Below, in pieces: positions 9,379-18,059 of a stretch of DNA of 34,704 bases (its first letter is position 1; every line of letters starts with the position of its first letter). The stretch is from sequence record SRR20825006_124. The stretch is one strand, 5' to 3'. The position numbers and the translations under genes were made by a program. The notes below the pieces were generated by a model, which saw nothing but the letters and a program-made list of their open reading frames with translations, was not told the origin of the DNA and ran no database searches.

Positions 9379-10314
9379 TTACGCCAGCTCTTGCTGCGTA
9401 TTAAGGCCTTTGTATTCTGGTAAAGTAGGTCTGTTTTTTAAACCTTCTTCTATTATTTGTATTACCTCATCACGACGTGTTCCTGCAAGTGGTAAACGCG
9501 GTGCGCGCACGTGCTCAGAACCAATTTTAGTATACACTTCCGCAAGCTTGATATTTTGTACAAGTTGTGCGTCGATATCTAATTCTAAAAGCGGTAAGAA
9601 CCAGCGGTAGATCGCTAAAGCTTCGTCAATTCGACCTGCTTTTTGTAATTCGTAGATCGCAACCGTTTCAGCTGGGAATGCACAAACTAAACCGGCTACC
9701 CAACCGTCTGCACCCATCAACAAGCTTTCTAACGCCAAAGTATCTACACCCGTCATAATCTTTAAACGATCTCCAAAACGGTTTTTAATACGGGTTACAT
9801 TAGAGATATCTCGTGTAGATTCTTTCACCGCTTGAATATTAGGTTCTTCAAGTAATTCTTCAAACATATCAAGCGTCACTTCAATCTTATAATCAACCGG
9901 GTTGTTATACACCATAATTGGTAACGACGTACTTTGTGCAACCGCTTTAAAATAAGCGACAACCTCACGATCGCTCGCTTTGTAACGCATAGGAGGCAAC
10001 ATCATTAAACCTGCAGCTCCATCTTCTTCTGCTTGTTTTGCTGCAGCAATAGCCCCTTTTGTAGTTTGCTCTGCGATGTTCATCATTACCGGCACAGAAC
10101 CCGCAACGATCTCAACAGTTTTACGTGTTAAAATACTTTTTTCCTCGTCAGTTAAAGTACTGGCTTCCCCTAAGGTTCCTCCTAAAACAATTCCGTGAAC
10201 GCCAGCATCAAGCTGGGCTTTGATGTTTACCTCAAATAAATCTAAATCCAGTTTATCGTCTGCTGTAAACTTTGTCGTTACTGCGGGCATCACACCCTCC
10301 CAATTGATCTGCAT
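9379..10314 (-). CDS. DapA/NAL family lyase, probable 1-pyrroline-4-hydroxy-2-carboxylate deaminase
   Basis: GTLGEASTL (not the GTTGE of true DapA), YNNPVDY and Schiff-base KES; neighbours the Hyp epimerase and KGSA dehydrogenase. Confidence 0.82.
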   Translation of the reverse strand: MQINWEGVMPAVTTKFTADDKLDLDLFEVNIKAQLDAGVHGIVLGGTLGEASTLTDEEKSILTRKTVEIVAGSVPVMMNIAEQTTKGAIAAAKQAEEDGAAGLMMLPPMRYKASDREVVAYFKAVAQSTSLPIMVYNNPVDYKIEVTLDMFEELLEEPNIQAVKESTRDISNVTRIKNRFGDRLKIMTGVDTLALESLLMGADGWVAGLVCAFPAETVAIYELQKAGRIDEALAIYRWFLPLLELDIDAQLVQNIKLAEVYTKIGSEHVRAPRLPLAGTRRDEVIQIIEEGLKNRPTLPEYKGLNTQQELA

Positions 10315-10341
10315 CGTTTCTTATGTTTATTATTGATGGTA

Positions 10342-10349
10342 CAAATGTA
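10342..10349 (-). promoter_or_regulatory. Bacteroidota -7 promoter element for the Hyp operon
   Basis: TACATTTG (TAnnTTTG) on the minus strand 27 nt before the ATG at 10314. No TTTG -33 box at normal spacing, compatible with activator dependence. Confidence 0.6.
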
Positions 10350-10450
10350 GCAGGCTTCACTTCCTTTAGTTTTGTAGTATTTAACCAAAACATTGCATAT
10401 TTTAGCGCAATTACACATTTTCGCTTAAAATCAACGTCAAATTCTAACCA

Positions 10451-11305
10451 TTGAAGGTTTTACCATTTAAAATACCGAAGTCTGGCAATAATGCACTGAT
10501 CCTTCAGGAAGATCTGGAGCCCTTGTTTTATGACAAGCTGCATCAGCATCCTGAGATCCAGATGAGCTATATTCTTTCAGGCACCGGGACGCTTCTGGTG
10601 GGCGATACGGTAAGCAGATTTAATCCGGGAGATGTTTTAATATTTGGTGGAAACTTACCGCACGTCTTTAGAAGTGATCCTAATCCCGAAGGACTATCTC
10701 ATATGCTTACCATATTTTTTAACCGGGAAAGCTTTGGTGCGTCTTTTTTTGAGACCGAAGAATTAAAAGAGTTTGATCTCTTCTTTAAGCAAGCCGCTTC
10801 GGGTTTTAGAATCATTGATACGCAATCACGCTTTAAAAACTACTTTACATCCATAGCCAGCGCACCCAATTTAGAGCGCTTTATGCGTTTTATGCAACTG
10901 CTTTATGCCATTTATAACGCTCCCAAAGAACTACTTTCTAACTTCACTAAAAACACTAAATATACCGACACCGAAGGGCAGCGTATGAGTAATGTGTTTG
11001 ACTATTGCCTAAGCAATTTTAAAGAACGCATTAGTCTTGAAGAGATCGCAGACGTTGCGGTGATGAGCCCTACTGCCTTTTGCAGGTTTTTTAAAGAGCG
11101 CACCAACAAAACCTTTAATCAATTTTTGTTAGAATTGCGTATCGAGCACGCCTGCCAGTTGTTGCGTACTCCAGATTCTGCGGAGTCGATTGCCAGTATT
11201 GCCTATGCGTGCGGTTTCAACTCGGTCTCTAATTTTAATAGGTATTTTAAAAAACAAAAAGGGGTGAGTCCGCGTACTTACAAAAGCGCTGAAACTACCG
11301 GATAA
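10451..11305 (+). CDS. AraC family transcriptional regulator (cupin sensor plus double HTH)
   Basis: LHQHPEIQ cupin motif, FCRFFK, and IAYACGFNSVSNFNRYFKKQKGVSP AraC signature; TTG start; divergent from the Hyp operon. Confidence 0.92.
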   Translation: MKVLPFKIPKSGNNALILQEDLEPLFYDKLHQHPEIQMSYILSGTGTLLVGDTVSRFNPGDVLIFGGNLPHVFRSDPNPEGLSHMLTIFFNRESFGASFFETEELKEFDLFFKQAASGFRIIDTQSRFKNYFTSIASAPNLERFMRFMQLLYAIYNAPKELLSNFTKNTKYTDTEGQRMSNVFDYCLSNFKERISLEEIADVAVMSPTAFCRFFKERTNKTFNQFLLELRIEHACQLLRTPDSAESIASIAYACGFNSVSNFNRYFKKQKGVSPRTYKSAETTG

Positions 11306-11355
11306 TTTTTGTAACAATCTGAAATTCTGAGCTACTAACACCAAAACTTTTAATT

Positions 11356-11523
11356 ATGAACAAAGGTGTTTTTGCGATGGTTATGAGTATTTCACTTTTT
11401 GCTGCAAATCTTATCGCGCTTCATTATTATCAAATTTCAGACTTCTTCTACGGAATAGGTATTGGTATCAGCCTTGGGTTGATGCTTGTCGCCTTAAAAA
11501 GGATTGCGCTTCTTAAAGGCTAA
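11356..11523 (+). CDS. Small 55-aa two-helix membrane protein (absent from the ORF track)
   Basis: ATG..TAA read by hand: MNKGVFAMVMSISLFAANLIALHYYQISDFFYGIGIGISLGLMLVALKRIALLKG. It has two hydrophobic segments, a basic tail and an AT-rich leader, and fills the intergenic gap. Confidence 0.65.
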   Translation: MNKGVFAMVMSISLFAANLIALHYYQISDFFYGIGIGISLGLMLVALKRIALLKG

Positions 11524-11568
11524 TTGCAACGATTATTATTAATAATAGTCTTTATGGAAAACTTTTAG

Positions 11569-12126
11569 ATGATACTTAACTTGCTGAATTTCTGTTATAG
11601 AAAACTCTTCCTTTTGATTATTATTTGTCTTGCCAACACAGATTTGCAAGCGCAAATTCATCCGGAAAATGAGAGCACCAAATCGAAACTAACTTTTGAT
11701 CAAAATACCGATTTAACGATCTATGAAAATTTAGGGTTCTTCAGAAAATTTAAAAACACACTTACTTTTTATAATAATAAATTAGAAATGAGTTTCAGCG
11801 GAAATCTCGTTGAACAAGGACTTGCTAATTCATTTATCTCACCAGACCTTCAGTTACAGGCAGAACTTGAACTTACTTATAAATTAAGAGATAACCTTTC
11901 TATTAATAGTTATGGGAAGTATATAACTAACCCTTTAAATAACGGCGGTAACGGACAAACGCGTTACAACTCCTTATTTGAACAAAGCGAGATAGGTTTA
12001 GAAGTCAAAACCGAACTTCAAAAAAATATACAACTAGAAGTTGGCGACAAAATACTCTTAGATAACAACAATTTAAATCTTAAATCTCCGATGCGAGTGT
12101 ATACTCGATTACTAAAAAAATTCTAG
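11569..12126 (+). CDS. Hypothetical exported protein, possibly a small outer-membrane beta-barrel
   Basis: Signal-like N-terminus ending LQA-Q, alternating beta-strand patterns (AELELTYKL, IGLEVKTEL) and a C-terminal Phe. Confidence 0.55.
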   Translation: MILNLLNFCYRKLFLLIIICLANTDLQAQIHPENESTKSKLTFDQNTDLTIYENLGFFRKFKNTLTFYNNKLEMSFSGNLVEQGLANSFISPDLQLQAELELTYKLRDNLSINSYGKYITNPLNNGGNGQTRYNSLFEQSEIGLEVKTELQKNIQLEVGDKILLDNNNLNLKSPMRVYTRLLKKF

Positions 12127-12130
12127 TATT

Positions 12131-12916
12131 TTATAAAGAATTAAGCTTGCCCCCATCAATAGGAATCTGCGTTCCCGTGATGTATCCCGCGTGATCAGAA
12201 GCCAAAAAGGCTACTAGATAGCCGTATTCGGCGGGATCTCCTATACGCTTCACAGGAACCGAAGCTTCTAATTGCTTTAAAATTTCTTCTTCAGAAACAC
12301 CTTGCTCTTTTGCTTTTTTAGCATTTAGTGAAGTGATACGTTCGGTATTGAAGTAGCCGGTTAAAACACTATTTACAGTAATGCCGAAAGTACCAGCCTC
12401 GGTAGCCAGACTTTTTGCCCAAGTCACTACCGCTGCTCGTATAGAATTGGATAATACCAAATACGAAAGCGGCTCTTTTACAGATACTGAAGCTACATTG
12501 ATGATACGGCCCCATTGTTTTTCTTTCATAGAAGTTAAAGCCAATTCTGTAGTAAGCACTACCGTCTTAAACAAAAGGTCAAATGCCTGCTGATAGTCTT
12601 CAATTTCTTTTTCAAGCGCTGTACCCGGCGGCGGACCTTGCGTATTATTTACCAGAATATCTACTGAATTCTTTTCGAAATAAGCTGTAATGATTGATTT
12701 AAACGCAGCATAATCAGTAAAATCAACCTGAAGGATTTGATGCTGCTGACCGTTTTCAGTCGAGAGGCTTTGCTTGACCGTTTCTAATTTATCTAACGAA
12801 CGCGACATCAAGGTAACCGTCGCGCCACTTGCCGCCAATTGCATAGCGATCGCTTTACCAATTCCTGAGGTACTCGCACCAACAAGTGCCTTCTTTCCGC
12901 TTAAATCAATATTCAT
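12131..12916 (-). CDS. Short-chain dehydrogenase/reductase (atypical BKR-like subgroup)
   Basis: GASTSGIG, DILVNNTQGPPPG, WGRIINVAS and ITGTQIPIDGG; LSNSIR in place of YxxxK. Confidence 0.88.
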   Translation of the reverse strand: MNIDLSGKKALVGASTSGIGKAIAMQLAASGATVTLMSRSLDKLETVKQSLSTENGQQHQILQVDFTDYAAFKSIITAYFEKNSVDILVNNTQGPPPGTALEKEIEDYQQAFDLLFKTVVLTTELALTSMKEKQWGRIINVASVSVKEPLSYLVLSNSIRAAVVTWAKSLATEAGTFGITVNSVLTGYFNTERITSLNAKKAKEQGVSEEEILKQLEASVPVKRIGDPAEYGYLVAFLASDHAGYITGTQIPIDGGKLNSL

Positions 12917-12966
12917 CTAATTACAGTTTGTATTGTTATTGCCATTTTCTAGCCTTCAATAAGACT

Positions 12967-12991
12967 GGTCTCGACTGCACTTAACCTGACA
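12967..12991. repeat. Degenerate REP-like short repeat (TCTCGACTGC..TGACA type)
   Basis: GGTCTCGACTGCACTTAACCTGACA matches 28689..28713 at 17/25 positions without gaps. It resembles a flavobacterial dispersed repeat as I recall it; not verified. Confidence 0.4.
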
Positions 12992-13000
12992 CGCATTTTG

Positions 13001-13318
13001 CTATTTATACTCCTCCCGCGTCGGACTAAACACATCTAGTAATTTACACGGTGTTAAGGCTTTTCCGCTATGCGAAAGATGCGGAGCGATCACCACAATA
13101 TCTCCGGGATGATACACTTTGGTCGTTCCGTCAAGGGTGAACTCAAATTCTCCTTCAATCACGTGCATGATTTGTTCGTTCATATGACTGTGCTCAGGTA
13201 CTTGGGCGCCTTCTTCAACTTCCCAAAATGCGAGTGACGTATTTTGAGTATGTACGAGTTTACCGTGATATCCCGGCATAATTTCTTTAGCTGCTATTTC
13301 TGAAAGTTTATACTGCAT
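13001..13318 (-). CDS. Cupin domain protein
   Basis: PEHSHMNEQ metal motif, GEFEFTLDG, second-motif His (HSG) and DVFSPTREEY. Confidence 0.88.
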   Translation of the reverse strand: MQYKLSEIAAKEIMPGYHGKLVHTQNTSLAFWEVEEGAQVPEHSHMNEQIMHVIEGEFEFTLDGTTKVYHPGDIVVIAPHLSHSGKALTPCKLLDVFSPTREEYK

Positions 13319-13357
13319 ATTGTGTTGTTGTTTTATTTCTCTCTATTAAAAGTCCAA

Positions 13358-14359
13358 TTAATTTCCCCAAATCCTGTCCCACAAACTCGCCAAAACCTGC
13401 TTCATTGCTTCGGGATCTCGTTCTGCTTCTTGGATTTTTAAATCGTCACCCGCAGGAATCAACTGATAACTGAAGACAAAGCGCAAATCTTTCGCCTCCA
13501 AATCATAAACCCCAAACCGAAGATCATTATAATACAATTCTCCGTCGCGTTTCTCAATCGCATACCAACCATTTGAAATTTTATCAAGTCGCTCGATAGT
13601 TTCCGAATTCCTAAGATCACCTAATAACTGGGGATCTTTAGGTACGTATTTGAAGCTTATAGGTTGGCTATCAAAAAACGAATAATCGCCTAGCAAATAC
13701 GCATCGCCTACATCAATATTGGCGTGCCACAAAATTGTATTAAACGCTGCCGGTCGCGTATCGATTTGTGTGTATTCAATCTTTTCATTTGCTAAGGCTT
13801 CTGTGAATTTCTGATAACTGATTCCTTTTAAAACTAAAGTCAGTACCATATACACCGAACTTACTATGAGTCCGAGATTATTCCATTTTCGGCGTTTTCT
13901 GGAAGCTTTTGATAAGCGCATCGCCAGAATTAAAAAGATCAAAAACGGCAAGGTATATAGCGGATCGATCACAAATATATTTTGGTACGCCAACCTGAGA
14001 TCCAACGGCCAAAACAATTGCGTTCCCCAAGTCGTGTGCGCGTCCAAAAGCGGATGCGTCACCAATCCCCAGAAAAAGAGCCAGGACCAATCTTTCCAAC
14101 CGGCTTGTGCTTTTTTATGTAGTTGCGCCACGAGCCAACCTAAAATGGGCGCCATCACAATACTAAAAATGATAGAATGACTTATTCCTCTGTGAATTTC
14201 TATCGCAGTAAGCGGATCGAGAAATTTACCCCAAATAGTATCAAGATCAGGAATTGTACCGGCGATTGCACCGTACAACATCGCTTTGTTGCCCACTTTT
14301 TTTCCTAAAACGGCTTCTCCTACCGCAGCACCCAGAACGATTTGCGTCAACGAATCCAT
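13358..14359 (-). CDS. Membrane-bound metal-dependent hydrolase (YdjM family)
   Basis: MDSLTQ, PDLD, HRGISHS, HPLLDAHTTWG and IDPLYT motifs; several TM helices. Confidence 0.85.
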   Translation of the reverse strand: MDSLTQIVLGAAVGEAVLGKKVGNKAMLYGAIAGTIPDLDTIWGKFLDPLTAIEIHRGISHSIIFSIVMAPILGWLVAQLHKKAQAGWKDWSWLFFWGLVTHPLLDAHTTWGTQLFWPLDLRLAYQNIFVIDPLYTLPFLIFLILAMRLSKASRKRRKWNNLGLIVSSVYMVLTLVLKGISYQKFTEALANEKIEYTQIDTRPAAFNTILWHANIDVGDAYLLGDYSFFDSQPISFKYVPKDPQLLGDLRNSETIERLDKISNGWYAIEKRDGELYYNDLRFGVYDLEAKDLRFVFSYQLIPAGDDLKIQEAERDPEAMKQVLASLWDRIWGN

Positions 14360-16138
14360 CTATGCATCTATAATTTGCATCTTTCTGAGTAAGAAAGACG
14401 CGTTCATATTCTGGCAAATCCCTTTCTTAAAGGTGTAATCAAAAAACAACTCGTCGTTGATGATCTGCGCATCAAAATAATAATTCTTTACTTCTACAAG
14501 TTCATCTGCCGCTTCACACAAACTCAGATCGTGCGTAGCGATGATTCCGGTGGAATTTGAAGCCACCAATTTCTCAATGAATTTTCGGGAGCCGATAGCT
14601 TTATCGGTACTGTTGGTTCCTTTTAAAATTTCGTCCAGAATGATAAAATAGGTATCCGTTTTTATGGCATTTACAATAAACTGTAAGCGCTTCAATTCTG
14701 AAAAGAAATACGATTCATCATCGGTAAGCGAATCGCTAGTACGCATACTGGTGATCAATTTTATAGGGTCATAAACCGCTTCTTTGGCACAAATAGGAAG
14801 TCCTGTATTGCTCATCACAATACTCAAAGACACCGTGCGTAAAAAGGTACTTTTACCCGCCATATTGGCGCCGGTAATGATAAAAAACTGTTCGCTATCA
14901 ATATCAAAATCGTTAGCAACCGCCTTTTTAGGATCGAGTAACGGATGCGCCAGCGCTTTTGCAGTTAGCGTATGTTTTCCTTTTTTGATTTCCGCGAAAG
15001 CGTAATCGGGATGATTAAAACTGAAATTGGCCAGGCTGTTTTGCGCATCAAAAAATGCGATCACTTCAAACCAGTTGGCAACCTCATCTGCATTCAATGA
15101 AATCCAGCGTTCTATGCGATACGATTGCCTTAAATCTGAAAGAAAAAAGGAATTGATAAATACGCCCACTAACATATTAGAGCGCTGATCAAGAATACCC
15201 AGCATTTTTGAAAACTGCTCAATTACCGCCGAAGCTTTAGCCTTTTGAGACTTGATCTTATCCTGTTCCTTTTTTAGATAAACCGACGTAAACTCTTGCT
15301 CTTCTAACAAGAGCATCAATTTGAAATACTGCTCAAAAGTGGTTTGCGTTTTACCGGCTTTGTCCCAAAGGTCATTTACTTTCTTCACAAAAAACCCGTT
15401 GAGGATAAGTCCGGCTAAAAACCAATACAACACCACGGCTCCTGGAATGAGATCAAGATACGCCAACACAAAAAGAATCAGTGAAATGCCGGTAAATATG
15501 TTAGGCAGCCACTGCATGATTTTAGGTGCAAAATTGGTGTAGCCTTTAAGCCAGTTTAAAATATGTCGCGTGTCATAATTGACTTTTACCAGTCGCGCCG
15601 TAGCTCTAAATTCTTGTCGCCAATCAGATTGTGCTGCGAGTTCTTTAACCGCTTCCTGTTTTTGCGGAATATCATCGATGTCATTGGCGGTAAGCAAGGC
15701 TGCCAATTTTTGCGCTCCACTGGCTAAACCCGTTCTGTTTAAATATTGAAAGAAAGATCCTCGCCCAAAAAGATCAATATCCTGACTGAACTCGTGCACC
15801 GGATTTTTAAAAGTATCGCCATCTGGCAAATCATAAAAATCACGATCGAGTACTCGGAGTTCAGTTTCATTTATTGAGATCATCTCCTGTAGAAAATCCC
15901 GCTTGTATTTAAGTTGTGAATGCCTCGAAACCAAGAACAGAAACAGGGCGATCTCTGCAACAATAATCGCCAGAAGAACGCGCGTGTTTCCCCATAAGAA
16001 GTAAATAGCTGCAACACCCATTAAAAACACTGCGAGCCGTATCATACTGCTCGAAAGCAGTAAGGCTTGCATCTTTTTTAGCTGCTCTTGATAAATGGTA
16101 ATTTTTGAGGTATAGTGGGCTCTGGGATCTTGCTGCAT
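14360..16138 (-). CDS. Membrane-anchored MutS-related ATPase (MutS domain V)
   Basis: HPLL, Walker A TGANMAGKSTFLR, SYFFSEL, LDEILKGTN and ATHD; hydrophobic helices near residues 25-70 and 210-250. Confidence 0.88.
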   Translation of the reverse strand: MQQDPRAHYTSKITIYQEQLKKMQALLLSSSMIRLAVFLMGVAAIYFLWGNTRVLLAIIVAEIALFLFLVSRHSQLKYKRDFLQEMISINETELRVLDRDFYDLPDGDTFKNPVHEFSQDIDLFGRGSFFQYLNRTGLASGAQKLAALLTANDIDDIPQKQEAVKELAAQSDWRQEFRATARLVKVNYDTRHILNWLKGYTNFAPKIMQWLPNIFTGISLILFVLAYLDLIPGAVVLYWFLAGLILNGFFVKKVNDLWDKAGKTQTTFEQYFKLMLLLEEQEFTSVYLKKEQDKIKSQKAKASAVIEQFSKMLGILDQRSNMLVGVFINSFFLSDLRQSYRIERWISLNADEVANWFEVIAFFDAQNSLANFSFNHPDYAFAEIKKGKHTLTAKALAHPLLDPKKAVANDFDIDSEQFFIITGANMAGKSTFLRTVSLSIVMSNTGLPICAKEAVYDPIKLITSMRTSDSLTDDESYFFSELKRLQFIVNAIKTDTYFIILDEILKGTNSTDKAIGSRKFIEKLVASNSTGIIATHDLSLCEAADELVEVKNYYFDAQIINDELFFDYTFKKGICQNMNASFLLRKMQIIDA

Positions 16139-16182
16139 GCGTTAGATTGAAAAATGATTAGTGTAAAGCTATATATTCAGAA

Positions 16183-16554
16183 TCAATCCAGCCTTTTTAA
16201 TTCTTCTTTTAGCTTTTTGGTAAGACTGCTTACGATGAGCGCGTAACTGTGATCAATGAATTCCTTTAGCTCTTTTGTAGTTAATTCCCCATTAAGTACC
16301 ACAGTATTCCAGTGTTGTTTGTTCATATGGTATCCCGGCAACACACTCTCAGGATATTTTTCTCGTAAGAGAACGACCTCTTCAGGATCGCATTTAAGAT
16401 TGATGCGCGGCTCACCGTTTTCCCAACTCGTCAAACCGCTTAGGGCATACATTTTTCCCATCACTTTAAATACCAGCGTATCTTTATCAAAAGGAAAATG
16501 CTCGGTGGTTCCGGGTTTCTTAAGGCAGTAGGTTCTATAGCTTTCGATGTTCAT
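16183..16554 (-). CDS. MmcQ/YjbR family DNA-binding protein
   Basis: FPFDKDTLVFKVMGKMYAL, NLKCDP, PGYHMNKQHWNTV and IDHSYAL. Confidence 0.9.
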   Translation of the reverse strand: MNIESYRTYCLKKPGTTEHFPFDKDTLVFKVMGKMYALSGLTSWENGEPRINLKCDPEEVVLLREKYPESVLPGYHMNKQHWNTVVLNGELTTKELKEFIDHSYALIVSSLTKKLKEELKRLD

Positions 16555-16555
16555 C

Positions 16556-17080
16556 TTAAAACGGGTAATACATTATATGATCTTCCATCAGATACCCCTT
16601 ACCGATGTCAAAATCTTCAGAATACATATTCTTAAAACCGTAGTATTCATAAAACGAAGTAGCTTTGTTATCCCGATTAACGTTTAGCGTTACACCAAGA
16701 TCTCCGGCTTTTTTAGCTTCCGCGAAAGCGAAATCCATCAAAAATCGTCCTGCTCCGGTTCCTTGTGTATTGGGTAACACATAGATCTTATCTACTTTAG
16801 TGATTGTACCTCTCGTAGTAAGTTTTTCATTGTTATACTGTGGAATGATCGCCAGATAACCACAAGGCGCATCATTACTGTAAAGAATATAAAATAAGCT
16901 GCCGGTTTCGGTTTGTTTTTTTAATGAAGCGACACTGTACATCATCTCCATCATATAACTTATTTGCGCTTCAGAAAGAATATCTTTAAAAGTAGCGGGC
17001 CAGACCTCATCGACCAGTTGCTTTAAGACCGGCCAGTCTTTTTCTTGAACCTCTTTTACGCTAAATTGCTTTGGACTCAT
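16556..17080 (-). CDS. GNAT family N-acetyltransferase
   Basis: KIYVLPNTQGTGAG acetyl-CoA motif A and LNVNRDNKATSFYEYYGF. Start is 17080 or 17089, overlapping the upstream gene. Confidence 0.88.
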   Translation of the reverse strand: MSPKQFSVKEVQEKDWPVLKQLVDEVWPATFKDILSEAQISYMMEMMYSVASLKKQTETGSLFYILYSNDAPCGYLAIIPQYNNEKLTTRGTITKVDKIYVLPNTQGTGAGRFLMDFAFAEAKKAGDLGVTLNVNRDNKATSFYEYYGFKNMYSEDFDIGKGYLMEDHIMYYPF

Positions 17081-17690
17081 TCTTATCATTTAATTGAGGT
17101 TTTGTTGCGGTCTCCAAGGCTTTGTAATCCAATTTCCAACCGATGGTTTGCACCAGATTTTCCATCAGAGCGACCGTGCTGAGCGCTTGATTAGATGCTT
17201 CGCCAAACAATCCGCTTTGTGGAATTTTATCTACAATATGTTGTTTGGCTTCGCGATTGATTTCGGTAAGATCTGTTGATGTAAAAGGATTTGCCCAACC
17301 CTCTTTCTTATCGTAGTATTTAAAATCGGTTTCTATGCTGAGCAATTCCGGCTGCGGGAAATCGGTTAGAATGATCGTCCTGTTTTTAATATCGGGCTGC
17401 ATTTTGATTTTGGTCAGATCAAAACCTACATAGGCTTTCGCATCGATAAGCACCAAAGCTTTTTTGCTCCCTAAAAAGAGATTGAGCCATTTATCTTTTA
17501 CATTTTGATAGTGATAGATCTCAGAGAAATCACCTTCCACCGTAATAAATTTACACACGCTGCGTATTTTTTCCATCAAAACCACAGACTGCTCTTGAGC
17601 ATTTTGCTGCTTTTTTGTTTTGTTGAATCGCGTGAATATAAAATAGGCCACAACGCTTCCTATTGCTAAACCAATGAATAAATACTCCAT
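17061..17690 (-). CDS. DUF4230 family protein with N-terminal TM anchor
   Basis: N-terminal TM helix; KFITVEG, KKALVL, AYVGFDL and PQPELLS pattern. Confidence 0.72.
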   Translation of the reverse strand: MEYLFIGLAIGSVVAYFIFTRFNKTKKQQNAQEQSVVLMEKIRSVCKFITVEGDFSEIYHYQNVKDKWLNLFLGSKKALVLIDAKAYVGFDLTKIKMQPDIKNRTIILTDFPQPELLSIETDFKYYDKKEGWANPFTSTDLTEINREAKQHIVDKIPQSGLFGEASNQALSTVALMENLVQTIGWKLDYKALETATKPQLNDKNESKAI

Positions 17691-17694
17691 AAAA

Positions 17695-17702
17695 CAAAGA
17701 TA
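17695..17702 (-). promoter_or_regulatory. Internal -7 promoter element directly before the DUF4230 start
   Basis: TATCTTTG followed by TTTT and then the ATG at 17690 on the minus strand. Confidence 0.55.
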
Positions 17703-17705
17703 AGG

Positions 17706-18059
17706 CTAGTTGCCAATCTCACCCAAATGCGTAAACTTAAAACCACGCTCATATTTAAGCCCGTAACCCAATATGCGATCAAAAGCAGCGTGCGCAAAAA
17801 GAATGATCCCTGCCAACTGTAAATACTCAAATTCCATAAGAATACCGATTAAGTAAAGTGCAACTCCTAAGCTTTTTAAGTGAAACATATTGTAGCACCA
17901 AGCGCCTACTTTAGGCCCCATCAAATAGCCTAACATACCAATATCCGGCACAAAGAATAAACCTATAAACCACCACCAGCTTAAGTCTAGAGTCGAAAAG
18001 AGGTATCCCGCTAGAAGCAGCGCGCCAAGCTCTTCAAGTTTCAGAAGTGTTTTCACCAT
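17706..18059 (-). CDS. DUF4260 family membrane protein
   Basis: LKLEE, PDIGMLGYL, YNMFH and DRILGYGLKY..GFKFTHLG. Confidence 0.82.
   Translation of the reverse strand: MVKTLLKLEELGALLLAGYLFSTLDLSWWWFIGLFFVPDIGMLGYLMGPKVGAWCYNMFHLKSLGVALYLIGILMEFEYLQLAGIILFAHAAFDRILGYGLKYERGFKFTHLGEIGN

Noticed and set aside
9379-10314. Calling this gene dapA (lysine biosynthesis)
   Set aside because: GTLGE instead of GTTGE and the Hyp-pathway context point to the deaminase subgroup.
12131-12916. SDR lacking YxxxK as an inactive enzyme
   Set aside because: The GPPPG plus SNxxR pattern marks a known atypical SDR subgroup, not decay.
14360-16138. Truncated mismatch-repair mutS pseudogene
   Set aside because: The ORF is intact with TM helices and a complete ATPase domain, matching a separate MutS-related family.
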